Translations under genes and position numbers: made by a program | Source of the DNA: Octopus sinensis | Taxonomy: Eukaryota | Length of the DNA stretch: 64,000 nt | Direction: 5' to 3' | Assembly: GCF_006345805.1 (NCBI RefSeq) | Contig: NC_043006.1 | Location: 30,132,001 to 30,196,000, forward strand | Shown: in pieces, positions 38,789 through 51,293 of the stretch | How the letters are laid out: each line of letters opens with the position of its first letter | Numbering within the stretch: position 1 is the first letter of the stretch | The notes under the pieces: generated by a model | Told to the model about the DNA's origin: nothing | Databases searched by the model: none | The model's input: the letters and a program-made list of their open reading frames with translations, nothing else

Positions 38789-38964
38789 AGGCGCAGGAGT
38801 GGCTGTGTGGTAAGTAGCTTGCTAACCAACCACATGGTTCCGGGTTCAGTCCCACTGCGTGGCATCTTGGGCAAGTGTCTTCTGCTATAGCCCCGGGCCG
38901 ACCAATGCCTTGTGAGTGGATTTGGTAGACGGAAACTGAAAGAAGCCTGTCGTATATATGTATG

Positions 38965-39022
<58 letters not shown>

Positions 39023-39228
39023 TATAGATATGTATGTGTGTGTTTGTGTTTGTCCCCCTAGCATTGCTTGACAACTGATGCTGGTGTGTTTACGTCACTT
39101 AGCGGTTCGGCAAAAGAGACCGATAGAATAAGTACTGGGCTTACAAAGAATAAGTCCCGGGGTCGATTTGCTCGACTAAAGGCGGTGCTCCAGCATGGCC
39201 GCAGTCAAATGACTGAAACAAGTAAAAG
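38789..39228 (+). mobile_element. tRNA-derived SINE family A, full length, with expanded internal (TA)n
   Basis: ggcgcaggagtggctgtgtgg...gggttcagtccc...gactgaaacaagtaaaagag, within TA repeats. Confidence 0.9.
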
Positions 39229-41102
39229 AGATATATATATATATACTTAATTTTATTGCATTCCACATTCTGAAACATCTGTAATTTGCATTTTAAAAAT
39301 TAAAATCTTAAACCACCTTCATCTATCAAAAGAAATTATTGACTGTTTTTCTATCTGCAATATCTGACAGGCTGACAGCAGTGTCAGGAGGTACCAAATA
39401 ATTGCTACAATTTGTAATAATTCAGTGAAAAGGAATATATTTTACAAAAGAAAGATAAAAAAGAGAAAGAAAAAAAAACATAAGTGCAACACCAAATGCC
39501 CCAATTGGTTGCATACCACCAGGTTCAACTCTACCTACTGAAGCATGCCAACTCACTTGTAGCATTAACATGGGTGGATGGCGAGGCTAAGGCATTGAGA
39601 ACAGCTAAGCACCCTCACAGGCATCACCTGACAGCTTGGTAAGGTAGAATAGGAACAGTAAGGTAGAATAGGAATAGGCCAATGATGACAAGAACTTCAC
39701 TGTTAGTGACCCAGTCCCTCCAAATGTTTCAAACGCCACAGGTTGGAAGAGATAGTTCACTGACAAGCCTGAATACATCAGGGTCTCATTCAATTCAGCT
39801 ACAGAAGCAGTGATCCTCCCATTTGTTGCAGCATCTGGAATGTGGGAGGGAGCAAAAGAGTCACAGACTGTGGAATTCCAGATGAGGCACCTACCTCTTA
39901 CCCAGGGACAGAGGTTAAGACCATCTGGTCTCTTCCCATCACTTCTGGATAATCCTGCTGGCTCCAGAACCGAGGGGATATTAACCTAGGCCAGGGCCTG
40001 ATTGATGAGATGAGTGAAACGACCAGCATTTAAGTGGCATGGCAGACCTGAAGATCTGTGGAGTTAAGGGGCCTAAGACAGCAACATCTCAGTCCCTTAC
40101 AGATGTCAGCTCCCACTCTGAGTACAATGAAGATACAGAGCTCATCTAGACTGAGCAGACCTCCAATGTTGGCCAAAGGCATGGTATCAATCCAGTCCCC
40201 CAAGAATTTTGCATGAGCAGAAAGAAGGCGACAGCTTGAAAATTGATCAGGTTGGTCAAGAAGAGACTTGAAAGTGGCACCTGAGTGCAGATTGACCTGT
40301 ACTCTCTGCTTCCATCTATCCTCAACAGTAACAGAAACTGACAAACCCAGCTCTCTCCATTGTAACAGAGCTTCATCCATCTCTATTAGAACTCATCCAT
40401 GTTGAAGAGGAGAGGATGTTATCATCCAAAGGGAAGCAAATGTGGATGGAGGAAAGAAAACAGGGAAGAGATAAAGATGAACACTTTCATAGACCTAAAC
40501 TCAAAAACTGTTTGGGCAAAGCAGCCTGATTAAAGGACTCTGGAGAGTCTGACATTGATAAGTTTCTTGAAGATTAGGTCATCAAAGTATTGGAGAGATG
40601 AGAATTTATAAGAGGGACCAACTCTGAGAAAATACAATAACTTGGGAATCGACACGTAATTCCTAAGTATAAAAATAAACCTTGGTGGGGCTCAATTACC
40701 TCAAGATTTTTTAAAAAGTTGTTCAAGGTTAGCCATCTTGAATTGAAAGATAGATTTGAAAGCTTGGTTGGTAATTGAGGCTCCAAGAGAGCACCATGCT
40801 GATGAAGGAGGAACTGCGATAATGGGGAAGGAGTCTGTAAACATGTTTACAATCTGATGTGAAGATGGCGAGTTAGGCCAGTGTAGGTAGTCACCTGGAG
40901 GATGTTTCCCCTTTAATCAATTGAGGGAATCTGGTATACTGAGGTGAGTGAAGACAGAGAGGAGGTGAATAGCTCCTTTAATGTCAGATTCACTGAATTT
41001 GGAATTAATGGTGGTTGATCATTGTTTAGGGTTGTGCCGATCACTGACCTGAGATGAACAGTAGTTGGGGTGGGCTTGAACAGGTCAAGCTGCCGTTTAA
41101 GG

Positions 41103-43233
41103 CAGGGGTCAGGGAACTTTTTTAAGCAATTCCCCCAAAATATATTTATTTGTATCAACATTACCCCCTTGAATTGAAAGGAAGAAAATCATAGATTCTT
41201 TGAATTCAAAAGGTTCTTTAAATCTATTTATATGGAGAATACAATTATAAATATAAAAAGTATAAAACAAATGTGATAAAATACATTAATATCCTCATTA
41301 TGTAACAAAAGGATTTTTCTACAAACTTTTCCACCTTAGGTTTTGGAGAAATGATGTTATCTTTTTGTTGGAATTACATCAAAATTGGGGCATTTTGATG
41401 CCAGAGCAATTGGAATGCAGTTTTTGGAGTCCAATTGATTTCTCTGGTTTAATTAAATAAGTAGGAAGGTAGACAAACCACAAACGCCTCCAGGAAGATG
41501 GCCCTGCTTGATCTGTAGGAAAGGCATAGGTAGAAACTCTATAAGATGTGCCCAGCGTAAGCTATGGACACATAAGAGGGGCAGCAATGTCAAAGGAAGG
41601 CTAACTGGGAAGATAGTTTTTGTATGTGGCAGATGCTCAGGAGCAATAAACACTGAAAATCTGCAGAAAACAACTTCCGTCACTTTCCAGGGGGAAAAAC
41701 TAGAAGTAGTTGATAGCTTCCGTTACCTAGGTGACCAAGTCAGTAGCAGGGGTGGGTGTGCTGAAAGTGTAACTGCTAGAGTATGAATAGCCTGGGCAAA
41801 GTTCAGGGAGCTCTTACCTCTGCTGGTGACTAAAGGCCTCTCGCTCAGAGTAAAAGGCAGATTGTATGATGCATGTGTATGAACAGCCATGCTACATGGC
41901 AGTGAAACATAGGCCGTGACTGCTGAGGACATGCATAAGCTCACGAGGAATGAAGCCAGTATGCTCTGATAAATGTGTAATATCAGTGTACATAGTCGAC
42001 AGAGTGTAAGTACCTTGAGAGTAAAGTTGGACCTAAGAAGCATCAGCTGTGGTGAGTAAGAGAGACGATTGCACTGGTATGGTCATGTGGCGAGAATGGA
42101 TGAAGATAGGTGTGTGAAAAAGTGCCAATCCCTAGCGGTTGAGGGAACCCGTGGAAGAGGTAGACCCAGGAAAACCTGGGACGAGGTGGTGAAGCACGAC
42201 CTTCGAACTTTAGGCCTCACCGAGGCAATGACTAGTGACCGAGACCTTTGGAAATATGCTGTGCATGAGAAGACCCAGCAGGATAAGTGAGTCCATCCCA
42301 TGTCCCTTGCCAGGGATGTAGCCAGCCCACTTATGCATTCCTTTCCTTCCTTGGACACGCAAATACCTGTTGAGGCAAGTGAAGTCAAAATCGAACCTCA
42401 TCCGACGACTGGCACCCATGCCAACCTCCCTTCAGTGGACACTAAACTCTGCTTGTGAAGACCTGTTGGGGCAAGTGAAATCGGAATCGCAATTGAACCA
42501 ATCCTATGACTGGCACCCGGCAGTTGCCAGTGCCGCTGGACTGACTACTGTGCGGGTGGCAAGTAAAGAAACACCGTTTCGACCCTGTGCTTGAGGAGAT
42601 CTATTGAGTCAAGTACACCAACATCAAAAATCAATGGAAACTGTAGTTGTGACCCCTGTACCGGTGGAACGTAAAAAGCACCATCCAAATGTGGCCGATG
42701 CCAGCGCCTCCTTGACTGGCTTCCGTGCCGGTGGCACGTAAAAAGCACCAATCCGATCGTGGCTGTTGCCAGCCTCGACTGGCACGTAAAAAGTACCCAC
42801 TACACTCACGGAGTGGTTGATGTTAGGAAGGGCATCCAGCTGTAGAAACACTGCCAGATCAGACTGGAGCCTGGTGCAGCCTTCTGGCTTCCTAGATCTC
42901 CGGTCGAACCGTCCAACCCATGCTAGCATGGAGAACGGACGTTTAACGATGATGATGAATTAAAGTGGAAAATCCTTGTTCACAAAAGTAGGTTGTTGCA
43001 AAAGGAAGCAACTTTTGACTGTCTCCTCATGTGCAATTTTGAAAGCCTTTGCAGCAGCTGACATCCAAAAAAGTCTTCTAAACATGTTTATTACACTGGA
43101 CAGAAGCAGTGTTGCCAGAAGAAAAATTTCTGTTGTAAAAAGGAACACAGTTTTTATATAACTTTACTTATGACTGATGAGTTCTCGCTTTTACCCCCAC
43201 TTAGGTTAATTTACTCTGGTTTGCCAATCCTTG
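41103..43233. mobile_element. hAT (Charlie-like) non-autonomous DNA transposon inserted into the CRE element
   Basis: 8-bp TSD GTTTAAGG at 41095-41102 and 43234-43241; termini CAGGGGTCAGGGAAC and GTTTGCCAATCCTTG. Confidence 0.75.
41458..42957 (+). mobile_element. 5'-truncated RTE LINE inserted into the hAT element
   Basis: C-rich finger then KLEVVDSFRYLGD, LHGSET, WYGHVARM, RGRGRPRKTW; 3' UTR and (GAT)n tail; candidate TSD AATTAAA (41451-41457 / 42958-42964). Confidence 0.9.
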
Positions 43234-43718
43234 GTTTAAGGGAAGATGCAAGAGATCCAGTACTCACGTTTGTCATGTGGAGAGAGACGAGAGGGAATGA
43301 GCAGTTTCTGTCAATCCGAGGTGTTGTTGGATAAGCAAACATTCTTTAAGAACACAGGCAAAACAAGTCCAAGCTCCTTTAGGGATCTGATTGATGAGCT
43401 TCAACTTGGACAAGCCCTGGTAGGCAGGGGCATATTCCTCAATAGGGATCTGAATTTCAGTGCAAGGTTCTGCCCTACAAAGTATGTTGGAGCTGAAATG
43501 GCATTGGTTGCATGTCCAGTGTGAAAAAAATTCGGCTTGAACCTTAGTTATGCCAACGCAGCTCCTGTGGTATCTACACAAGTGACACTTGATGGTCTTC
43601 AAATAGCTACATGTACAGGTGCAGAGAACACAGCTTGAGGGGTGAACGGGTAGCATCAGAAGTAGAATTCAGAGGGGATGGCAGTGGGAGAAGATTGGCG
43701 CTGGATTTGGGTGGGGTG

Positions 43719-43980
43719 CAGGAGGTGATGGTAGCAGGCTGGTTGTTACAGGAAGGGTGGAGTGAGTAAGGGGAGGTAGGGGGATGAATAAAGAGAATTA
43801 ATAGTGGCGGTGGGGTTCGGCTGGGGAAGGACAGGAGGCGATGGCAACAGGCTGGCTGTTACGGGAAGGGTGGGGTGAATGAGGGGAAGTAGGGGATGAA
43901 TGAAGAACATTAATACTGGAGGTAGGGTTCGGGAGGAGAGGGGCAGGAGGCTGTTACGGGAGTTGTGAGGTGAATAAAGA
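43719..43980. repeat. G-rich ~113-bp tandem repeat (about 2.3 units) in the 5' part of the CRE element
   Basis: caggagg...ctgttac.ggaagggtgg units at 43719, 43832, 43944. Confidence 0.7.
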
Positions 43981-45079
43981 GGTGAGCAGGACTAATTCAG
44001 ACTGAATCTGATGATAGAAGGGGTAGGGGAAGGGGAGAGATAGGGGATACGAGTTAACTCACCTAGAATGTGGCAGAGGAGGTGGGACGGGAGGACGGAG
44101 GCTGGTAGAACGTAACAAAATCATTTAACTATGCTGATCTGTTGGTCACTCGCCGCATGGCCTAAAACATTTTTATTTTATTTTACCCCCCCCCCCTGCT
44201 CCCAAACAGGCCGCCAATGTTAAAATCCAACCAGGCCACCGTGTAGTAGAAGTGCAATAGAAAAGTGGAAGAGAGTAAAAATGAAACTGAAGAATTTTGA
44301 GATGTACGAAAATTAAACAATAAATAAACAAAAAATTACAAAATACAAAAATAATGTATAAACACCGACATTCATAAGTGTCGCATCAATGACTTTTTCC
44401 CTTTTTAAACGGTTTCTTTCACTACCCACCCCCTACGTATGTCACTTCGACTCTTGGCGTGCTCTGTCGTCCTCAAAGAGAGACCTGAACCATATTCGGG
44501 GTGATACAGATTCTCAAATCCTAGTGATGTGTTCTGTTATTGCACAGCCGTAAAGAGACACTTGCGCTAGTCTAGAGGAGCAACCATGGTGGTTGATATT
44601 GTAGTTGTGGTGGCTGCAGTTAGAGAATGATGGCAATGATGATGGGTCAATTGTGGGGAAGGAATGAAGAATATGAAGGACTGCTGATTGTTGAATTTAA
44701 AGGGTCATTAATTGGGTGAGGATTGAGGAGTGACCGCAGCAGTTTCTGTTCTTGTTGAAGGGTAGTTGGAGAAAATACATGTCGAAGCATCTCAAAATTA
44801 AACGAGTTACGACGAATATGTTTAGATTTATTCTGCATCTGCTTCTTCGATCGGTTGTCGAACAGTTTGAATATTCCTTTGGCAAAATAATTCAGTTACA
44901 AAGCGTCTGTCTTTAGTTTGGGAAAGACAGAACCATGCGTTTATGAGAATGTTGATCTCCTTCTCGGATCACTTTTGTAGGAGGTAGAATATGTTTGAAC
45001 GTATGAAATGCGAGATCAATGTGTGTGTAATATATATATATATATATATAAAGCAGGAAAAAAATTACTATGTACTCAC

Positions 45080-45340
45080 GGGTCTGTGACGATGGTAACA
45101 TGAAGGTTCTCGATAAGATACTACCTATCATAGAGTTTGGAACCAATTCTGAAGTTCTTGCAGGCACTGCCAATTTGAATTTGTTTTACGGCATATAATA
45201 TTATGTAAATCTTCATAGAGACGACATTATCTCCTTGTGATTACAAAATCATGAGTTTCAAAGGCTTTTCTGTTGAAAAGCCAGGTTGAGTTCCGTTCCA
45301 TTCTTTGTTTCTTTGAGTATCCACTGTCGGGAGCTATGAA
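45080..45340 (-). other. Candidate non-coding first exon of the patatin gene
   Basis: Good donor gtgagta just downstream of promoter-like motifs. Coding exon 1 has an acceptor 4 nt before its ATG, so an upstream exon is required. The 5' boundary is a guess. Confidence 0.35.
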
Positions 45341-46779
45341 AACCATGTGCACCTTACCCCGCCGGCGCGAGAGCTAATAAATGATTAACACTAAAGTATT
45401 AGTTACATAACTTAGATATGTTTCGACCAAAGATTGGTCCAGGCCATGTCTAACTTAATAGCACCAGCTGCGTCAATAACAAAATTGAAACTTCGAAAGT
45501 AGGATATATAAAACAATAATTTTAGTAATTTAAAATGTGGAAAAGAATATTTTTAATTCAAGTATAAAGGGAACCAAGGTATCATTTTCCGCCTCTCTTT
45601 CTATTGTATAACAACAGTCTATCATAAAAGCGTCTTGTCAAACAGTTTGGGTTTGAGTTTGTCTTGAAATGAAAAAATGGTTTGTTCTAAACTGCAGTTT
45701 CAACACCTTCCTCAGGAGGACCACGACACCCCCACCCCCAACACATTTTATGGAATGATGATACCGAAGTAACACACGCGTGGTCCCCACCGAACGTTGG
45801 AGCTTGACGACAGCCTCTTCGCCCCCCACCCCTCAAAAAAAAAACACCGAGCTTTCAGAAATTTTTTTTTATCTCAGCGGATTACTAGGTTTTCGCTGAC
45901 GGAGATTCTGAATATGCAAAAAAAAAAATCACGTTTTCAAAATTTTAACACCCCGCCACCACCAATTTTTGAATTTTTAACTTTATTCGAACTTTTTTTT
46001 TGCGTTTGTGTGTGCGTGCAACAATTTCTACAACTTATCCGAATGAACAGAGGAAGAAGTACGCAACATATATTTTACATATCTGTCGTATACGTCGGGT
46101 TTTTTACCTTTTGAAGTAATTTTTAAAAAATCTGTGCTTGAGATGTAACAAATGCATTCATTGGAGTAATATAACGAAATACTACAAGTTGAGTCACTGG
46201 CTCAGCACCTATGTCTTTATAATCGTAATTTTAAATCGAAATGTCTTTGTAATCGTAATTTGTGCTGTATCTCTATAAAATTTCATCAATATATATCTAT
46301 TTTCCTGAAAGGGGAAAATCGGATCTTGTGAATTTTCCGAAAGTCCTCTCCCCCGCCCCATGTTCGTTTGCACAAATTTTATTTTTCATATTCGTTTTCG
46401 ACACAATTTTAACACCTAGCAGGCTGGGGTTTTTTTTTCGTTAACGGGAGTCAATTCTTATATTAACCAAATTTCATTACAAGATACACGTTTCCTTGAA
46501 AGTTATGACGGAAAAATTTTCCGAAACTCCTCTCCCCATCCCTCAGAAAATTCCTCTATATACTCTGAATCCACAGCATCCAAGAGGTATTTGTTGAACA
46601 TTTCGTTGAAAAGTATCCATTTTCCTGGAAGTTGCAAGGCAACAAAGTCGGGTGGGGGTACACATCTGTAGTTATACCACAACCGGTATATCAGCTAAGC
46701 AAATGGTCTTTTCTAAATGCATGAAAAAGCTATAACACATTCAGAACATTATTTCAGAAAATTCAGCACCAAGTGCCTC

Positions 46780-47075
46780 AGTTGGTGGCATACCACAAGG
46801 TTCAGTGGAACCTACTGAAGCAAGCCGACACCCCGGCAACATTACTACGGGTGGATGGCGAGGGTAGGACGCCAAGAACAGCTAAGCACGCTCACGAGTC
46901 TCCCCTGATACCTCGATAAGGTGAGCCGCCAACGATGACAAGAACTTCGTTGTTAGTGGCCCAGCCCCTCCAAACGCCTCAAACGTCAAATATTGCAAAT
47001 GATTCACTGACAAGGCCCGATACTTTAAGGATTTTGTTCCGTTCGGCTACGGAAGCAGTGACCCTCCCATTGGAC
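46780..47075 (-). mobile_element. Second CRE 3'-end fragment (CpG-intact)
   Basis: Aligns by eye with 39505-39825. Confidence 0.8.
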
Positions 47076-48514
47076 GAGGAAGTGAAGTAATGTTATAGCA
47101 ATGTTTTATCTTCTTTTATTCAACCAGTAACTTGTTTAGAGTTTACTTAATCGAACGATTCATATTTTCTGTTTTGATAAAGGAATTGATCTAACATTAC
47201 CGTGAAATAATAATTTCATCGTTATGTGACTTTTATTTTTCACATACTTGAACTGTGACTGACAAAGTCGTAAATGGACAACGGAATTATTATTTTACAT
47301 TTATTTCAGGAACCACATTTATTCATATTTTTTTTAAAAGTTTATATTGATTCTTCTACGATGTAATCGTTTCAGTTTTATCACACGATTTCAGATCAAG
47401 AACAATTCTAAATAAGTTACGGTCAGGCCACAAAACTTTAAAACACGGTTTATTTATCTAACAGCAGTAACTACAACTTGTGTATGTAAAGTAGTTTATG
47501 CATAAATCGAGCTATAAAACAATGTTCGGGTATTACTAATGGAAAACGGGAAATATGATAGTTTATAGTTGCAAGTTGGCGAACGGAAATAAAAATCACA
47601 GGTAAAAAGTTAGTTTGGGGCAAGTAAATATATACTTCATTTAATTACTATAAATAATACAATAATATTTTAAATTATTTAATTAACTACTTGACAATGA
47701 TAATTTATACAATATTTTTACGTACAGGTGTAAATAAATAACGTTTTATTTAATATCTCAAATATAACTATGAAGAAAGAGAAGAAACATTATATTAATT
47801 TATTGAACTGTTCCTGTCATTTATTTTCCTGGATTAAGTTATTTACTTACATTTTTTCGAAGTCAACGTTACCTTGTGGTTTATACCCAAGTTAGAAATT
47901 ATAAATTTTGTTTATTTAGTGTATTTTTAAATAATTTGCTTACTCACCGTTTCTAGTCTCTGAACTGCAAACTAAAGTTTGAAACATCCAATAAATTATA
48001 AGTAGTTGGAAAGGAAAATACCTTGTGTGCTGCGGCTATAAATACAACCTGTTTTCCATTCATTCGCACCTATTTCTTCATTTGTAACAGGTTTCTTTAT
48101 TAATATTGCTGAAATGTGTTAACAAAAATATTTAAATAATTTTCACAGATTTGAAATCTGTCAGTTTTACGATATTAGTAAACAAATATCATTCACCATC
48201 TTTTCATGGGTTGGGTAGTTTGACAGAAACTGGCCAAGCAGAAACTGTACTTAACTTCTGTGTCTGTTCCCGCATGGTTTTTATGTTTGGATGCTCTTCC
48301 TAACACCAACCACACAGCACAGTGGACTGGATGCATTTTGTGTGGCACCAACACTGGCAGGGTCAGCAAGTAACTAGCAAGACAAAGATCCTTTGGGAGG
48401 TGAGGGGACGGGATGGGGGAGGAGGTGATCTTGTGTCAGATAATGAAAGGTTAGAGTGAGACAGAGGGACAGAAACAGGTGTCTTGCTGTAGAGGCGGTA
48501 CATGGTTACCTGGC

Positions 48515-48545
<31 letters not shown>

Positions 48546-49627
48546 AGAAACAGGTGTGCTAATGTAAAGGAGACATGGTTTCTCAGCCTGAATGAAGAGC
48601 AAGAGAAGGCGAGAGATGATGGTGAAGTGTTGAGGCGTACTCACAAGGGACAGGGATCAGAATATAAATGGGATGGTAGAGTAAAGGAAGAGAGAAAGGG
48701 ACAGATGGTGGTAAGTGCCAGGGCATACCCTTGACGTATGGAGGTCATAATATAAGTGGCAGGACATTGCCAAAGAAGCGTGATTAGCGAGTGGGGGTGG
48801 AGAATGCATGATTGGTGAAGACCTGGGTATATAGAGGGGGTAGAGGACTACTGGATAGCAATAATATGGTGAGCAGGGCCCGTGGGGACAGGACTGAGAG
48901 ATAAGTATAGTGCAAGAAAGAGGAAATGTGAGGAAGAGAAGAGATGTAGTTTGGTTTGTTGGGGTAGGTTGTGTGAATACCAAAAGATTGCCTAAAACTT
49001 ATTTGTTAGAGAATCAGAAGATTTGTACGTGTTTGTGCTTTTATTTTTTTTAATCAGTTGAATGTTACAAGAGTTTTGTGAGAAGCGCTTAACAAACGCA
49101 TGAAACCCTTGGCCATTAAGTCACTTTTAAAATATGTTGGCAATGAAAAAAAATAGAAAAAACTACTTACACCCTTGTATTAAGTTCTGTTGACTGATCT
49201 TTTATGCATTTTATATTTATTTTTTCCCGAGATATATATATATTTATTTATATATATATATATATATCAAGATTAATCAGCCAAAATTGCGAGGATGATC
49301 CAGTTCTTAACTGAGGATAGAAAGCTTTGAATGACCCATCCTTGTTTTTTTGTATCATCTATCTCTGGATGTTTTGTTGCCCCTTTTTGTATCACCTAGT
49401 TGTCCAGATGTTTTGCGTTCTTGTCCCATTTTGTATTTTACACACACACACACACACACAAGAGAATGCAAGCAGCACTGAAATTTTATGACAGCTGTTT
49501 CAAAGAATTTTATTGATGTATTATATTAAATCTTAAAAATTTTCCCTAAAGATAGATGGTTATATGTTATAATGTAATCAATGAATATATCAATAAAATG
49601 CTGCCGAAACGGCTGTTGTAAATTTTA

Positions 49628-49866
49628 AATACCTATTTCTTTACTACCCACAAGGGGCTAAACATAGAGGGGACAAACAAGGACGGACATAGGTATTAAA
49701 TCGATTATATCGACCCCAGTGCGTAACTGGTACTTATTTAATCGACCCCGAAAGGATGAAAGGTAAAGTGGACTTCGGCGGAATTTGAACTCAGAACGTA
49801 ACGACAGACGAAATACGGCTACGCATTTCACCCGGCGTGCTAACGTTTCTGCCAGCTCGCCGCCTT
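49628..49866 (-). mobile_element. SINE family B, young full-length copy
   Basis: Reverse complement of 35640-35877; ttaaatacc repeated at both ends. Confidence 0.9.
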
Positions 49867-50129
49867 AAATACCATTTATGTTTTCTTATATCTACTCCAC
49901 ATCTAGAACCACCAGCCCATAGTTGGATTTGGTACCTATATACCTATAATATCCAGCCAGTATCTGATACTCACCATTGTTGTTTACCTTACTTTTTGAA
50001 CTCTATGTTATCGTTCCTAGCCATTTCTGGTTTCCTACGTGTTAGTGGGCCTAGGTTCTATTGAATCCCTATAATTAATTCATAAAATATTTTTTTAGCT
50101 ATATATCTCTGTTTCTATTGAGTACTGTA

Positions 50130-51250
50130 CCCCAATCCTTTCCACTCCTATCTTCTACAAACCCACTGATTCCCACCCCTACCATGACTTTTTATCCTAC
50201 CCATGCTAAGCACTCCATCCCTAACTCCCAGTTCCTTCATCTCTAGCACCTCTACAGCAGTAATCCATACTCTGAGACGCAGGTCTGTCTCTTCATTTAT
50301 CAAGGGTACCCTCCCTTCCTTATCAACTCTCTCCCACACCTGTGTTATTGATTTACTCCTCATACACTTCACATCTAAAGTCCCAAGCACCACATCCCCT
50401 ACTCACTTACCTACCACTCTGCTCCTACAATGCACCATCTTTTGCCTCTTCTACTGTCTTCAGTCTAACTCTGTCACCTCCACTTTCTTCCTTTGTCCAC
50501 CCATCCCTTCCTCCAAACACCTGCAACCTCTAGTATCTTCCTCCTCCTCCAATAACCCATCTCCTTCCCTGTTTTGCTCCTCTCTTTTCCTTTCTAATGC
50601 CACCTCCTTTACTGCATCCAACCACCACACTTTCCACGTTAGACACTCCTTCCACTGCATTTTTACTAACCTTATATATGCATTCCATTGTTTCCTCTGT
50701 AATCTTTTCTACATCAGACAAACTGGCCACTGCCGGGTGATAGGTTCATGGTGCACCTCAGAGATAGATGACATGGTAAGGAGTCTTTTGTTCTTAATAT
50801 TACCACTTTGCCAACAGTTTCAACCAACACCTCCCAATCTTTGATATAGCCACTGCCCCTTGCTTCTTCATCACTTACCTCCAGAGGGAACAAGAGCTCA
50901 TTTTCTCTCTTCAAACCTTTCAGCTTCAACTCTCCTTCGCAATTCTTCTTGCCTCCCTTCTCACCCACCACTCTTACTTCACCTGCTCTTTCTTCCACAC
51001 AATTCTATACCAATATACTCCCATACTTGCACACCCAGCCTATAAAACCACACACACTTCACTCTATGTCCAACCCTATACACAGATACCCTTCCCATAC
51101 AGCTGCATTCCTACCTGGCCTCAATTTTTCCAACCACCCATTCTCATTCTTTATTTTGCTGATGAAGGACTAGTGTCTGAAGCATCAAAACTCTTTTGCT
51201 TCTTTTTAATTGTTAAATTTTCCTCTCCTGAGTTGTCTTCATTTTGTGTT
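50130..51250 (+). mobile_element. Penelope-like element remnant (GIY-YIG endonuclease) with hammerhead-like relic
   Basis: FHCIFTNLIYAFHCFLCNLFYIRQTG and EQELIFSLQT match PLE GIY-YIG patterns; ctgatgaaggac...gtctgaagcatc at 51159-51186. Confidence 0.7.
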
Positions 51251-51251
51251 C

Positions 51252-51293
51252 ATTGCAACATATATATATATATATATATATATATGTTGCAAT
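51252..51293. repeat. Perfect 42-bp palindrome ATTGCAAC(AT)13GTTGCAAT
   Basis: Direct inspection. Confidence 0.9.

Larger units (their letters stand above)
39490..44100 (-). mobile_element. CRE-clade non-LTR retrotransposon (restriction-like endonuclease), RT core deleted, interrupted by nested insertions
   Basis: N-terminal Cys/His finger (43500-43640), QIPKGA, GAIHLLS, GKHP, LLGASI, WIDTMP...LRVG, and REL domain RPDG..PW..G..LIW...FQPVAFETFG. Confidence 0.75.
44100..47950. promoter_or_regulatory. CpG-retaining region, candidate promoter/5' end of the patatin gene
   Basis: CG dinucleotides are visibly more frequent than in flanks. GC patch cccgccggcgcg at ~45358-45369, ATTGG (CCAAT on minus) at 45433, TGCGTCA at 45469. 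Minus-strand donors CC|GTGAGTA at ~45080 and ACG|GTGAGTA at ~47948. Confidence 0.45.

Noticed and set aside
44647-44838. 63-aa ORF MQNKSKHIRRNSF as an alternative coding first exon
   Set aside because: Ends in a stop with no suitable donor and has no recognisable motif.
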